Assembly (NCBI GenBank): GCA_965261395.1
Contig: OZ253462.1
Location: forward strand, 1,696,001-1,760,000
Reading direction: 5' to 3'
Source: Candidatus Latescibacterota bacterium
Lineage (GTDB): Bacteria; Latescibacterota; UBA2968; UBA8231
DNA: 64,000 nt
Shown: piece after piece, positions 10,038-26,076 of the stretch
Position numbering within the stretch: position 1 is the stretch's first letter
Layout: each line of letters opens with the position of its first letter
Notes under the pieces: generated by a model
Databases searched by the model: none
The model's input: the letters and a program-made list of their open reading frames with translations, nothing else
Told to the model about the DNA's origin: nothing
Made by a program: the position numbers and the translations under genes

Positions 10038-11102
10038 CACGGGAGTTGAAGATTTCGCATTCAACCGTCTCTCGGGCACTATCTGAGGATCGGAAGGTGT
10101 CGGCCTTGGTGAAGGAGGAGACTCGAAAACGGGTGCAACAAAAAGCCACCGAGTTGGACTACAGTCCCAATTTGATGGCGCAGGGGTTTGTAACGGGGAG
10201 GACGGGTACCCTAGTCTGCTGACCCATCAGGTTTCCCGGGCGATGTTTAGCAGTCAGATTGATCAGATTCTGCAGGCGGTTAACAAGCATAATTATCATA
10301 TCGTGGTGGGCATGGCCGTTAACCGGACTCCTCTGATTCCACAAGACGACCAGACCACGCAGATCAAGCAGTTGCTTTCCCGGGGTGTAGACGGGCTGTT
10401 GATTAATGCGCGGGGCCACGAAGATGAGTCCGAGCGCATTTTGACTGCCGTGCGGGGACGAGTGCCGGTGGTGACGTTTCACCACCCGACGCTCAACCTG
10501 GGCGGGGTCGTGTTGGACCTTATGACAGATTTTTTTGAGGTCACAGAGCATTTGATCAAGTTGGGGCACGAGCGGATCGGGTTTATCGGCCCGGGCTGGG
10601 ATGATGCCGGCGCGATTTCGTCCAAGGCCAAGGGGTATTTACAGGCGATGCAAAAGCACGGCCTGTCGTACGAATCCCTACCGGCCTTGGGCCTCCATGC
10701 GGAAGGGGGGTATCGTCTGGGCCAAAGGCTTGGCGACCGGTTTACGGCTATTGTGTGCCGGGACGATCATACGGCCATAGGTGTTTGTCGCGGGCTGCGG
10801 GAATTAGGTCTTCGCGTGCCCGAGGATGTGGCTGTGGTGGGTTGGGGAGATATAGGCGTGGCGGCGTATGTGACACCGGCACTGACGACCCTGGCAATTC
10901 CCTACGAGGCGATTGCCGAGGCGGCGATGGAACTGATGCTGGAACAGCTTGAGGGGCAGGAGACGCCTCGGCAAATAACCTTGAGATCGCCTCTGGTCGT
11001 GCGGGAGTCCTGCGGGGCGAACATAAGTGAAAAATGATCGAAAGGGCGCGCATTGCCCCGAGTGAGGGCGCGGCCTATATTGTAGAGACATTGAGAATAT
11101 AG

Positions 11103-11190
11103 TTTCCGTTGGGGGTGGCCCGGTAGCGGGCCTGAGATTTTAATACCCTTCGAACCTGAACTGGATCGTGCCAGCGTAGGGAAACGGATG
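11103..11190 (+). promoter_or_regulatory. TPP riboswitch (THI element)
   Basis: GGGG...CTGAGA...ATACCCTTCGAACCTGA-CTGGATCGTGCCAGCGTAGGGAA matches the consensus; lies upstream of thiamine genes. Confidence 0.95.
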
Positions 11191-11208
11191 TCGTACGAAC
11201 CGCGTACG

Positions 11209-11242
11209 AACCGCTGGCCCATCTTGGGCAAGCGGTTTTTTT
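11209..11242 (+). terminator. Intrinsic terminator forming the riboswitch expression platform
   Basis: AACCGC-TGGCCCA...TGGGCAA-GCGGTT stem followed by a T run. Confidence 0.8.
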
Positions 11243-11293
11243 GTGCGCCCTCGACGGAATTCTTCCGCAAATGCGAAACGAGGGAGCAGATAT

Positions 11294-13635
11294 ATGAAAA
11301 TTTCAATGCCGTTGGTCAGCTTGCTGACCGGTTTATTGACGCTGCCGGCGCTGTCCTGGGCGCAGGCCGAGGAGGTACCCGGCTTGGTGTTGGATGCGGC
11401 CACGAGTCGTCCTTGGAAGGGGCCAATGTGCAGGTCGGCAACACGGCCACTACCACCGACGCCCAAGGCCGCTTCAAGGTGGAGGCGGCTCCGGGCGACT
11501 CGCTCAACATTTCCTTTATCGGCTACCAGCGCGCACGGGTAGCGGTCGTCTTGCCGCTGGTCGTGGCCCTGGAGCGCGCGATTTTGCAAGTGCCCGAAGT
11601 GGTGGTGGAAGGCGGCTTGGTGCGCCAGCGGCTCGACCGCTTGGCCGCCAGCGTCACGGTGGTAGATGGAGATCGTTCCCGGACCAGCGGGGCCGGGCAC
11701 TTGCAGGACGCGACCCATGCGGTGCCCAATTTGAATTGGGCCGGTGGCTCGTCTCGGCCGCGCTATTTCCAGATCCGGGGCATTGGCGAGCGCAGCCATT
11801 ACGCCGGCGAAGGGCCGCCTAGTTTTTCGGTGGGATTCGTCATGGACGATGTTGACTTGAGCGGCATGGGCACGGCTGGTTTGCTCTTTGACGTCGATCA
11901 GGTCGAAGTCTTCAAAGGCCCCCAGTCAACTATTTTTGGCCCCAACGCCTTGGCCGGGCTGATCAACTTGCGCTCGGCCGATCCCCAGCAGGGGTTTGCC
12001 GGGATGGGCAGCGCCGAGATGGGCAGCGATGGGTTAGGGCGTTTTTCCGGGGCGGTGAACCTGCCGGTCGGGACCGATTTGGCGCTGCGCGTGGGGTACG
12101 AGAATGGCCGTGCCAACGGCTTTCGCAGCAACGCCTTTCTCGACGCCGACGATACCAACGGCCGCCGCGAGCAATTGCTGCGCGCCAAGGTCGGCTGGAC
12201 CCCGGCGGCTGGCCCCGAGGTGTTGGGCACCTTCTTTTGGGCCGATATGGACAATGGGTACGACGCTTGGGTGCCCGACAACAACGAGGATTTGACCACC
12301 TACTCCGACAAGCCGGGCAAGGACCGCCAACAGACGACCGGGGCCTCGCTTAAGAGCACTTGGGGGCTGGGCGCGAGCGGTGCCGAACTGGTGACAATTA
12401 CTGCGTTTTCGCGCAGCGAATTGGAGCACAGCTTCGACGGCGATTGGGGCAACGACGAGTACTGGCTGCAAGCGCCGTACAACTTCGATCCAGACGTCGA
12501 GGGATGGAACTACGACTTTTTCGACCACAATGTGCGAGACCGCACGGTTGTGAGCCAGGAGGCCCGGCTCTTGGTCGAGGAACTAGTGGTGGGAGCCTAT
12601 TGGAAGCGGCTCGAAGAAGAAGACGATGCCGCGGGCTATTTGTTCGGCGGCGACGCCACGGACCTGAACGGGCGCTACGAGATCGACAACTTGGCTTTTT
12701 ACGGTCAGTACGGGCTGGCCTTGGGCGAGGGATTGCGGCTGGAAGTCAATGCGCGGATCGACCGCAACGATACGGTTTATGAAGGAACGACGACGAATTA
12801 CGGGGCCGACAGCACCAGCACCGCTTTCGCTGTCGATCAATGGCTGGGCGGCGGCAAAGCGGCCCTCAGTTACAACTGGCGTCCGGGCCAAACCCTGTAC
12901 GCTTCGGCCTCGCGCGGTTACCGCTCCGGCGGGGTCAACCAGCACCCGTACTTGGCCGCGGAAAACCGCCCCTATGACCCCGAGTACATAGTCAATCTTG
13001 AAATCGGCTGGCGGGGCAGCGGACCGCGTTATTCCACCGGGCTTACCCTATTCCACGCCCTGCGCTCGGACCAGCAGGTCGAACTGTCGAGCCAGCAGGA
13101 TCCCGGCGACCCCAACAGCTTTTTCTACTTCACGGCCAATGCCGTCACAGGCCGCAACAGTGGCATAGAATGGGAGTCAACCGTCCTTCTCCTGCCCCAA
13201 GTCGAACTCTCCGGCTCGCTGGGTCTGCTCACTACTCACATTGATACGTACACCTTTCCCACGGAAGACGGGGAAGTAACGCTGGGCGACCGGGCCGCCG
13301 CCCACGCCCCCAACTACACCTTTAGCTTGGGCGGCGAATACCGCCATCGGTCGGGTTTGGGCGCGCGGCTGGCCCTGACCGGCATGGACCAATTCTTCTA
13401 CTCCGATGGCCACGACCAAGTCTCAGAGCCGTACCAATTGGTCAACGGTCACATCGCCTATCAGTTGGGTACATGGTCTGTGCAGTTATGGGGCCGCAAC
13501 TTGCTCGACGAACGCTATGGGGTGCGGGGCTTCTACTTTGGCTTGGAGCCGCCCGATTACGCCGACAAGCTGTACAAAACCTACGGCGATCCGCGCCAAG
13601 TCGGCGTGCGGCTGACGACGCGATTTGGAGACTAA
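11294..13635 (+). pseudogene. TonB-dependent receptor, probably for thiamine; 1-bp frameshift near 11412
   Basis: Signal peptide MKISMPLVSLLTGLLTLPALSWA (ATG 11294, RBS AGGGAG) is in a different frame from the plug/barrel ORF (QVEVFKGPQSTIFG...GDPRQVGVRLTTRF). Adding one base gives ATSRPLEGANV. Confidence 0.8.
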
Positions 13636-14308
13636 AGCCGTGGGCGGTCAGTTCGCTTTAATCGTCGGCAACGGCGAGCCGCCTTCCCGAGAATTATTCG
13701 CCGCCTGCGCCCAAGAAGCCGAGCTGATCCTGTGCGCCGATGGCGGAGCTAATACCGCCTCGGCGTACGGGTACGTGCCCGATTACGTCGTCGGCGACCT
13801 CGATTCGGTCAGCCCCCAAAGCAAGGCCGCCCTTGCCGCCGACCGCCTCATCCTCGTTGACCCCGAAGGCGATATAGCCACGGATGGCCAGAAAGTCCTC
13901 AACCACGCTGTTGCCTTGGGCGTCACCCAAGCCGTCCTCCTCGGTTTTACGGGACGGCGCACCGACCATCTGCTGGGCAATTTGAGCCTGCTCAAGACCT
14001 TTGCCGACCGCCTCGCCTTGCGAATAGTTGACGATTACTGCGACATCCGCCTCATCGACCGCCGCATTCGCTTCCGCGCCGCCCTTGGCCAGAAAATTTC
14101 CCTGTGCCCACTCGACGGCGCGGCCGAGGGTGTTGAGACGTCTGGATTAAAGTGGCCCCTGCGGTCCGAGAGCCTCATTCCGGGCGTGCGCGGCGGCATC
14201 TCCAACGAGGTGGTGGACAACCCGGTCGAAATTCGGGTCGGGCGCGGCGATCTACTGTTGTGTGTACAGCGGGAGAGCGCGTCTGGGCAAATCGAGTTGC
14301 TGGATTAG
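13625..14308 (+). CDS. thiN: Thiamine diphosphokinase
   Basis: CADGGAN, VVGDLDS, TDGQK, GRRTDHLLGNL, GLKWPL, ISNE motifs; TPP-regulated operon. Confidence 0.92.
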   Translation: METKAVGGQFALIVGNGEPPSRELFAACAQEAELILCADGGANTASAYGYVPDYVVGDLDSVSPQSKAALAADRLILVDPEGDIATDGQKVLNHAVALGVTQAVLLGFTGRRTDHLLGNLSLLKTFADRLALRIVDDYCDIRLIDRRIRFRAALGQKISLCPLDGAAEGVETSGLKWPLRSESLIPGVRGGISNEVVDNPVEIRVGRGDLLLCVQRESASGQIELLD

Positions 14309-14320
14309 TTCCCCGACGAG

Positions 14321-15271
14321 TCAGGCCGAGCAGCTAGCGCCTCCGAGGACGCAGAACTGGGCGCAGTGGGGGTGGTTGAGCTTCACCGGGCTCCAGGCTT
14401 CGGCTAGGGTCCGGCCCATCTCAAAGGCCGCGTCGTACGGCAGCAGGGTACAGGGGAGCACGACTGGAGAATCCGCTCCCTTGCGCTTGACGACCATGCG
14501 CGACGAGGCGCACATGATGTCGTCGGGCGACTGGCCGAGAAGGTCCCAGCAGCCGGTGGTGATCTCGGGCACGTCAACGGAGGAGTTCATCTCTGGGAAG
14601 ATGATGAGCTGGCTGGGGTCGATCGCGTCAATGCGCACGCCGAGGTCGGCGAAGAGACGGGCGAAGTCAGCACGCAATTCGCTCTCTTCGTCACCCCAGA
14701 GCGTGCGGCCAGCGGCTGTTAAGCGAAAGCCGCAATCGGAGAGCCAGCGCAAGCCCTCGATCATTGGTGTCCAAGAGTGCTCGCCGCGCTCCGCCTCGTG
14801 CTGCGTCGACTCGTAGTGGTCGATGGAGACGCGGATCGTCAGCCGCTCGCCGTGCGCCTCGCGCAGCCGCAGCAGGCCGTCGGCGCACTTCATCATCGGT
14901 CGCATGGCGTTGGTCAGCACCAAGCTCTCGAAACCCCGCTCCAGCACGTCCTCAAGCATGCCGAGCATCTCGGGATTCATAAAAGGCTCGCCGCCAGTGA
15001 AGCCGATCGCGCGCGTGCCCAGCCGGTCGCGCTCGATCTCGTCGAGATAGGCGGCCACTTCTGCCGCTGTGAGGTACATTAGACGGTCGTTGCGCGGACT
15101 CGATTCGATGTAGCAGTTGGTACATTCTAGGTTGCAAAGGGTGCCGGTGTTGAACCACAAGGTTTCCAGCCGCGTCAACGCTACGCGAGCTCGCTCCTCT
15201 CCGTCGGCGGTGACGTCGGGGTCTTGGAACTTGCGTGGGTCTAGGCGGGGCGGGGCTTGCGCTTGTGTCAT
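14321..15271 (-). CDS. Radical SAM protein
   Basis: CNLECTNC (CxxxCxxC), FTGGEP, Cys-rich C-terminus HPHCAQFCVLGGASCS; start after GGAGG. Confidence 0.9.
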   Translation of the reverse strand: MTQAQAPPRLDPRKFQDPDVTADGEERARVALTRLETLWFNTGTLCNLECTNCYIESSPRNDRLMYLTAAEVAAYLDEIERDRLGTRAIGFTGGEPFMNPEMLGMLEDVLERGFESLVLTNAMRPMMKCADGLLRLREAHGERLTIRVSIDHYESTQHEAERGEHSWTPMIEGLRWLSDCGFRLTAAGRTLWGDEESELRADFARLFADLGVRIDAIDPSQLIIFPEMNSSVDVPEITTGCWDLLGQSPDDIMCASSRMVVKRKGADSPVVLPCTLLPYDAAFEMGRTLAEAWSPVKLNHPHCAQFCVLGGASCSA

Positions 15272-15471
15272 GCTGCCTCCGGTCTGGGTCTCGTCGTCCA
15301 AGGCGACGGAGATGCGGGTGTTGACCGCTTGGGCGTCGTGCGGCTGCACAAAGAGTCGATAGCTTAATAGACTGTCAAGGTAAGCTACAGTTCTGGGAGC
15401 CGTATTTACAGGGGCTATGGGTGGAGGAGGGTTGCGGCGCGATCGTAAAGTAGAGTCTTATCTAGGGCCTC

Positions 15472-15586
15472 CGCGATGGCCTCTCCAACGAGGTGGTGGA
15501 CAACCCGGTAAATGGTGGGACGCGGCGATCTGCTGTTGTGCGTGCAGCGGCAGCGCGCGTCCGGGCAGATCGAGCCGCTGAATTAG
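15472..15586 (+). pseudogene. Degenerate duplicate of the thiN 3' end
   Basis: 15482-15509 is identical to 14199-14226; similarity continues with small deletions to the TAG at 15584-15586. Confidence 0.9.
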
Positions 15587-16245
15587 TCGCTGTCCCAAGC
15601 CAGCGATAGTCGAACCCCAACCTGCCCGGTCCCCAGTTCCAAACGCGGGGCGACCGCCACTCCCTGCTCCTGCTTTTCGTCGCCCAACGCGAGCAACTGC
15701 CACCCAGCGAGGGCAAAGGCCGCCGCAGTCATCCAGCTCATCTGGCTTTGGGTGTCGCGGCTGTTGGCGCGGTCCAAAAAGCGCTCGGCTTCTTGCGGCG
15801 TGCTGGCCTTTTGGTAGCGCCGATAAGCGTCGTCGCCCTGCTGGCGAAAGTCCCAGCTTTTGACGAGCAGTATCGCGCTCCCGCCGCAAAGGGCCCAGCC
15901 CCAAGCGCGGCGCGACGTCATCCAGCCGCGATCTGCGCCCTTTACCGACCATGCCACCGCCCCTAAACCCATCGCCCCCATCACCACCGCCCGCGTGTCG
16001 AATCGCCGGCGCTCGTCGTAGAAGATCTGCGCGTCGCTTTTGGACTCTGCCCGCTCGTAGCGCTCGTCGGCCCGGTTGGCTTCCCGCCGCGCCTGATAGG
16101 CTTCGCTGAGCAGCCAGCCGCCGGCACCCAGCGCGATATAGCTGGCTACTTTGCGCGAGAGGCGCGGACCATCCGCTCGCGCCTCTCCGAGCGACGCCAG
16201 CGTCAGGATGCAGGCCAGTGTTAGAATGCTCCGTCTATTGTTCAC
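15583..16245 (-). CDS. Exported/membrane protein with an internal two-fold repeat; last gene of the export operon
   Basis: Signal peptide, two hydrophobic-RY..A-DT-hydrophobic units, terminal beta strands; start overlaps the TolC stop. Confidence 0.75.
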   Translation of the reverse strand: MNNRRSILTLACILTLASLGEARADGPRLSRKVASYIALGAGGWLLSEAYQARREANRADERYERAESKSDAQIFYDERRRFDTRAVVMGAMGLGAVAWSVKGADRGWMTSRRAWGWALCGGSAILLVKSWDFRQQGDDAYRRYQKASTPQEAERFLDRANSRDTQSQMSWMTAAAFALAGWQLLALGDEKQEQGVAVAPRLELGTGQVGVRLSLAWDSD

Positions 16246-17621
16246 CGCAGGTCTCCGCGCCCTCTGTCGGCGACGGGTTTCCCCACCGCTTGGTCGAGCT
16301 GGGCTAGCTGGATGTGGTAGTTGAAAATGGCCTGGACCAAGCCGCTGCGCGCGGCAAAAAGGCTCGCTTGCGCTTGCAGCCGCTCTAGCTGCGTTCCAGT
16401 GGACAAAGCATAGCGCTCCTGCGCCAGCTTGTAGCTTTCCTCGGCAGCGCTGACCGCGATCTGGTTGGCCTCAATGCTGCGCCGATATAGCTCGATATTG
16501 AGGAAGGCTCTTTTAATATCCAGTGCCACCTGCCGCTTAGCCTGGTCGAAGTCTTCCATGCGCTGGCGGTAATTCAGCTTTTGCGACTTGATGGAATTCT
16601 GGGTGCTCAAGCGGTTGAATAACGGCAGTCCCAAGCTCACGTTGAACGAGTAGCCGTAGTTTTTCAAAAAGAGATCTTCCGGCCCCGCAAACGCCTCGTC
16701 GGCCCGCAGTCGCCAGTTGTAGCCAGTGCTCATGCTCACCGTCGGGTGCAGCAACTCGTAGCGGGTCCCGCGCAGGTCCTCCTCGGCTTGCAGCAGCAAA
16801 AACTCCTGCGACCGCAAGTCCGGGCGGTGTTCCAGCGCCAAGGCCAAGGCTTCCTCGTAGCTCAGCGCGAGCGGTACCATCGCAAATTCCTCCTCGACCG
16901 GCACAATCGGTTCGTAGGTCCGCAAGCCCATGGCAAAGGCCAAGTCGGCACCAGTCACCGCGACGCTGTTTTCGCGGTCGATTAGGTTCGCCCGTGCGCT
17001 GGCCAACGCGGCCCGCTCCGTCAGCACATCCGACAGGGGCACCGAGCGGACCTCGAAGAGCGTCTCGGCCCGGCGCAGGCTCTCCTCTGAGACCCGCACC
17101 TGCTCGGTCTGCACCTTCATCAGTTCAATAGCCTGCAATAAGCTGAAGTATCCCTGCTTGACCTCAAAGACTACTTGCTGCTGGCTCGTACTCAGGTCCA
17201 TCTCGGCCGCCTTGTGCCCCAGTTTGCTCGACGCTAGGGCGGTCCAGTTGCCGCGATTGTACAGGTTCATACTGAAGCCGGTACCCAGCGACTGCGAGCC
17301 GCTGGAGGTGCTCTCGCCGAGGGTAGAGGTGACCTCGCCGGTGGCTGGATCGACAAAGGATCCCTCGCGCGGCCCAGAGACGCTGCGCGACATCCCGTAG
17401 GAGGCGCTGATCGATGGTAGAAAGGCATTGCGAGCGTTCCCGATTTGGATCGCCGCGGCTTCGATATTGGAGCGGCCCTGGATGACCGCGGCGCTCTGCT
17501 CTAGGGCGATGGCGATGCAGTCGTCCATGCTCAAGCGGAGCGCCGCTGGCTCTGTTGCGCCGCTGGGGCGCGTCAGGATTCCCACCACCAGCCAGCAAAA
17601 AACGGTGTGTTTACTTTTCAC
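16242..17621 (-). CDS. TolC family outer-membrane efflux protein
   Basis: LSMDDCIAIALEQ, FLPSIS, VKQGYFSLL, ALEHRPDL, LGLPLFN, AQLDQAVG; GTG start overlaps the upstream stop. Confidence 0.92.
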   Translation of the reverse strand: MKSKHTVFCWLVVGILTRPSGATEPAALRLSMDDCIAIALEQSAAVIQGRSNIEAAAIQIGNARNAFLPSISASYGMSRSVSGPREGSFVDPATGEVTSTLGESTSSGSQSLGTGFSMNLYNRGNWTALASSKLGHKAAEMDLSTSQQQVVFEVKQGYFSLLQAIELMKVQTEQVRVSEESLRRAETLFEVRSVPLSDVLTERAALASARANLIDRENSVAVTGADLAFAMGLRTYEPIVPVEEEFAMVPLALSYEEALALALEHRPDLRSQEFLLLQAEEDLRGTRYELLHPTVSMSTGYNWRLRADEAFAGPEDLFLKNYGYSFNVSLGLPLFNRLSTQNSIKSQKLNYRQRMEDFDQAKRQVALDIKRAFLNIELYRRSIEANQIAVSAAEESYKLAQERYALSTGTQLERLQAQASLFAARSGLVQAIFNYHIQLAQLDQAVGKPVADRGRGDLR

Positions 17622-18330
17622 GACAGCAGCCTTTCTCGCTGCGCCATCTGCCGCAGCCCCGAAAAGAGCAAGAGCGCGCCGCCGAGCACCAGCGTCGCGC
17701 GGTTGAGCGCGACCATCTCGGCCCACACGGCATGGTCCATGCCCAGCGGCAGGCTAAAGGGATTTAAAAAGAGAAAGTAAGCGGTCTCCGCCAGCGACTC
17801 GGCGCTCAGCAACACCGCGACCAGTACTCCCAGCGAAAGCATCCCGGCCGTATTGCTGCTCTTGCAGAGCACCGAAAAGAAGAAGGTCAGATTGGCGATC
17901 AGAAACGCCGGTGCGAACGCATTGAGTCCGCCCAGCGCGAACGGAAATTCGGCGAAGAGGAAATAGGCCGCCGCACTCATGCCCAGCAGGGTCGCCGCCA
18001 ATAGCAGGTAAACGGCCACCATCCGCAGCACCCAGATCCCGTAGTGCGAGGTGGAAGTGCTAAAGAGCGCCTCCAGCGTCCGACGGTCGCGCTCGCCGGA
18101 CACTAGATCCATCGCTAGGTAAATCGCCAAGACCGCGCCGGGGATCTCCACCAGCACGTAGGGGGCCTGCCCGGCGCTGAACCCCTCGTCCGGCCGGAAC
18201 ACCGCCAGTGCGTAGAGCACTCCGTAGTACGCGGCAATGCCCAAGACCATGAGCAGCAGCTTGCGGTGAAAGACGATTTGCGTGCTGAGCCGGCACTGCG
18301 TTACCAAGCTCGCAAACAGAGTGGTCCAAG

Positions 18331-18337
<7 letters not shown>
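17618..18337 (-). CDS. ABC-2 type transporter permease
   Basis: About 6 TM segments, SGERDRRTLEALFS motif; GTG start after AGGAGG. Confidence 0.85.
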
Positions 18338-23018
<4,681 letters not shown>

Positions 23019-23022
<4 letters not shown>

Positions 23023-26000
23023 CGCAGCCGCTCCACGGTCTCGTAGGCCACGGGAATGACCACCAGCGCCATCACCGTCGAGGAAACAAGCCCGCCGATC
23101 ACCGCAATCGCCATCGGTGCCCGCAAACCCGCTCCCTCGCCCAGCCCGACAGCCATCGGCGCCAGTGCCAAAATGGTGGTCGCCGTCGTCATCAGGATTG
23201 GGCGCATCCGATCCTGCGCGCCCTGCAGCACGGCCGCGCGCACCGTCGGCAACTGCGCCCGCAATTGGTTGATGCGGTCAACCAGCACGATTGAATCGTT
23301 GACCGCGATCCCGCCCAGCATGATGATGCCGATATAGGCCATCACGCTCAGTGGCTCGCCCAGCCCCCAGAAGACCCACACCACGCCCACGCCAGCCAGC
23401 GGCACGGTCAGCATCACAGTAAAGGGGTGCAGCAGCGACTCAAAGAGCGAGGCCATCACCATGTACACCAGCACCACCGAGAGCAGCAGCGCGAACTGCA
23501 AGTTGGCAAAGGACTCCTGCCGCTCGCGCTCCTCGCCGCCAATTTCGATCCGGTAGCCATCGGGCAGTTCCATCGCGCCGACGATTTGCTCGACCTGCCC
23601 GATGGCCTCGCCCAACACCGCGCCTTCGACCAGATAGCCGACCACCCGCCCGAGCCGGCGCTGGTCCTCGCGCAAAATCTCGCGCGGCCCTTCGACCAGT
23701 ATGGGATCCGACAAATCGCCCAAGGCCAGAATCGCCCCAGCCGGCGCGTCGATCCGCAACTGCGGCAGCTCGCGCAAGTCGAGGCGCTCGAAACCGACGC
23801 GGATATCGCGCGAGCGTTGGTCTTTGGACAACTCGCCGATTACCTCGCCCGACAGCCGGCGCTCCAGCGCCTGCACGATGGTCGCGACGGTCAGCCCGCT
23901 GGCGACGACCGCGTCTTCGCGCAGCCGCAGGTCGATTTCGGGCTGGCCGCCTTGGAAGTTCGAAGTGACGTTGTACACGCTTGGCAACTCCTCCAAGCGG
24001 GCAGCGAGATCGGCGCACAGGCGGCGCAACACTTCCACCTCGTCGCCGATAATCTCCACTTGGACCGGGGCCGTCCGCTCGCCCAGCACTCCTTCGAGCG
24101 CGGTCTCGTGTAGCTGGTATTGCACGTCTAGTTCGGGGATTTGCGCCAATTGCGCGTCAACCATCTCGACCAGTTGCGGCAGGCTGCGGCGCGTCTCCGG
24201 GGCCAGCGCGACCGACAGCGTGGCGCGGTTGGGTCCGGTAGGGTCGCCGATGTTGGCCAGCCGCGCCGGGTCCACGCCCGCCCGGGCGTACACTGCGGCC
24301 ACATCGTCGCCGCCTACCTCGCCGATGATCTCCCCCACCCGCTTGGCCACCCGATCGGTCAGCTCCAGCCGCGACCCTTGTGCCAGGGACAACTCCACGT
24401 GGAAAAGCCCTTGGTCTTCGCGCGGGATAAACTCGGTGGGGATTGCGCGGGCGATGTAGGCCGTGCCCGCGACCGTTGCGGCCACCAGCAACAAAACCAC
24501 TCCCTTGTGGTCGAGCACCGCGTTGAGCAAAGCGCGGAAGCGCAACCAGCGCTGCTCGGTTGTCGCCCCGCCGCGCCCGCGCAAAAAACGCGAGGTTAGC
24601 ATCGGCACGGTCATCATCGCCACCGCCAGTGACGAGACGAGCGAAAAAGCCACGGTCCAGGCTTGGTCCTTAAACAGTTCGCTGGTCAGCCCTTGCAGGT
24701 AAATAATCGGCAAGAAAACCGACACGGTCGTCAGCGTCGAGGCCATAATCGCCACCCCGACCTCGCTGGCTCCCTTGGTCGAAGCCTGGCGCGCGTCTTC
24801 GCCCCGCTCGAGGTGGCGGTAGATATTTTCAATGACCACGATCGCGTTATCGACCAGCATCCCCGCCCCTAGCGCCAAGCCGCCGAGGGTCATGATATTG
24901 AGCGTCAGATCCTCGAAATACATCAGGGTAAAGGTCGCTAGCATCGAAATCGGAATCGCCAGGCCGATCACCAAAGTCGCCGTCCACGAGCGCAAGAAAA
25001 ACAGCAATACCCCCACCGCCAACACCGCCCCGTGCAACGCCGCCTCTTCGACTTCGGCTACGGCCTCCTCGATAAAGCGCGCTTGGTTTTCAACCACCGC
25101 AAAGCGCAACTCGGGCAAGTCTTGGTCGAGCTCGCCGATGGATTCGAGCACCCGGTCGATGACCTGTACCGTATTGCTACCGGCCTCTTTGTAGATCGCC
25201 AAGCCGATGCACTCGACTCCGTCGAGCCGCACGATGGTTTCCCGTTCCTCGTACTCCAACGCCACCTCCCCCACATCGCGCACGTACACCGGCACCTGCA
25301 ACCCCTCCTCCACGCCTTCCCCCTGCCGCGCCCCGACGATCACATTGCGCACATCCTCCAAGTCTGCCAGCCGCCCTAGCCCCTTGACTTGGTACGATTG
25401 CTGTGCCTCGCGCAAGGTCCCCCCAGACACGTCCTCATTGGCCGAGGTGATCGCCGCGATGACTTGGTCGGCGTCCTGCCCGAAGGCTTCGAGCAGATAC
25501 GGATCCAACGTCACCCGGATTTCTTTTTCTGCATCCCCTTCAATGTCTGCCGAGGCCACCCCATTGAGCGCTTCGAGCTTGGGCTTGACCACGGTCTCGA
25601 CCGCGCCCAACAGCTCGTCGAGGTCGGCCAGCCCGGTCGCCGAGACCGCGATCCGCATCACCGGCAGCGCCTGCGGATCCTCCTGAATGACATCGAGCGT
25701 TTCAATGTCTTCGTCGGTGGCGTACCCCCCCATCTTTTTTTGCACGTCGATCAGGGCAAAATCCATATCCGCTTCCCAATCGAACTCGGCCACCACCACA
25801 GACTGCCCTGAGCGGGTGATCGAATAGACCCGAGCGACTCCGCTGATCGTGCTAATGTCGCGCTCCAGCCGCCGCGTATATTGCTCTTCCACCTCCTGCG
25901 GTGCCTTGCCGGGCACCTGCAAGTCAACCGTGATGACCGGCGTGTGCATGTTGGGCAGCAGGTCGGTTCCCAGTTTGCTTAGGGAGATCGCCCCCAACAG

Positions 26001-26066
26001 CGCCACTGCTAGGGTCAGCATCAGCACGGTGACGGGATAGCGGATGGAAAATTCAGGTAGCGACAT
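23019..26066 (-). CDS. RND efflux permease (AcrB/AcrD/AcrF family)
   Basis: SIRYPVT, GMLVDNAIVVIENI, RMRPILMTT, PMAIAVIGGL. Confidence 0.95.
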
Positions 26067-26076
26067 GATGCGCGTA

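Larger units (their letters stand above)
8810..11037 (+). pseudogene. LacI-family regulator disrupted by an IS5 element and a further 1-bp frameshift
   Basis: MEKKQATIKDIARE|IS|LKISHSTVSRAL reconstitutes the LacI HTH. Frameshift at ~10214 (TGTL to GLLTHQ). Sugar-binding domain with VPEDVAVVGWGD, PALTT, LVVRESCG. Confidence 0.92.

Noticed and set aside
11188-11293. ORF-track start of the TonB receptor at 11188
   Set aside because: It overlaps the riboswitch terminator and lacks a signal peptide; the real start is ATG 11294 in another frame.
11400-11420. Programmed ribosomal frameshift in the TonB receptor
   Set aside because: No slippery heptamer or long homopolymer at the shift site.
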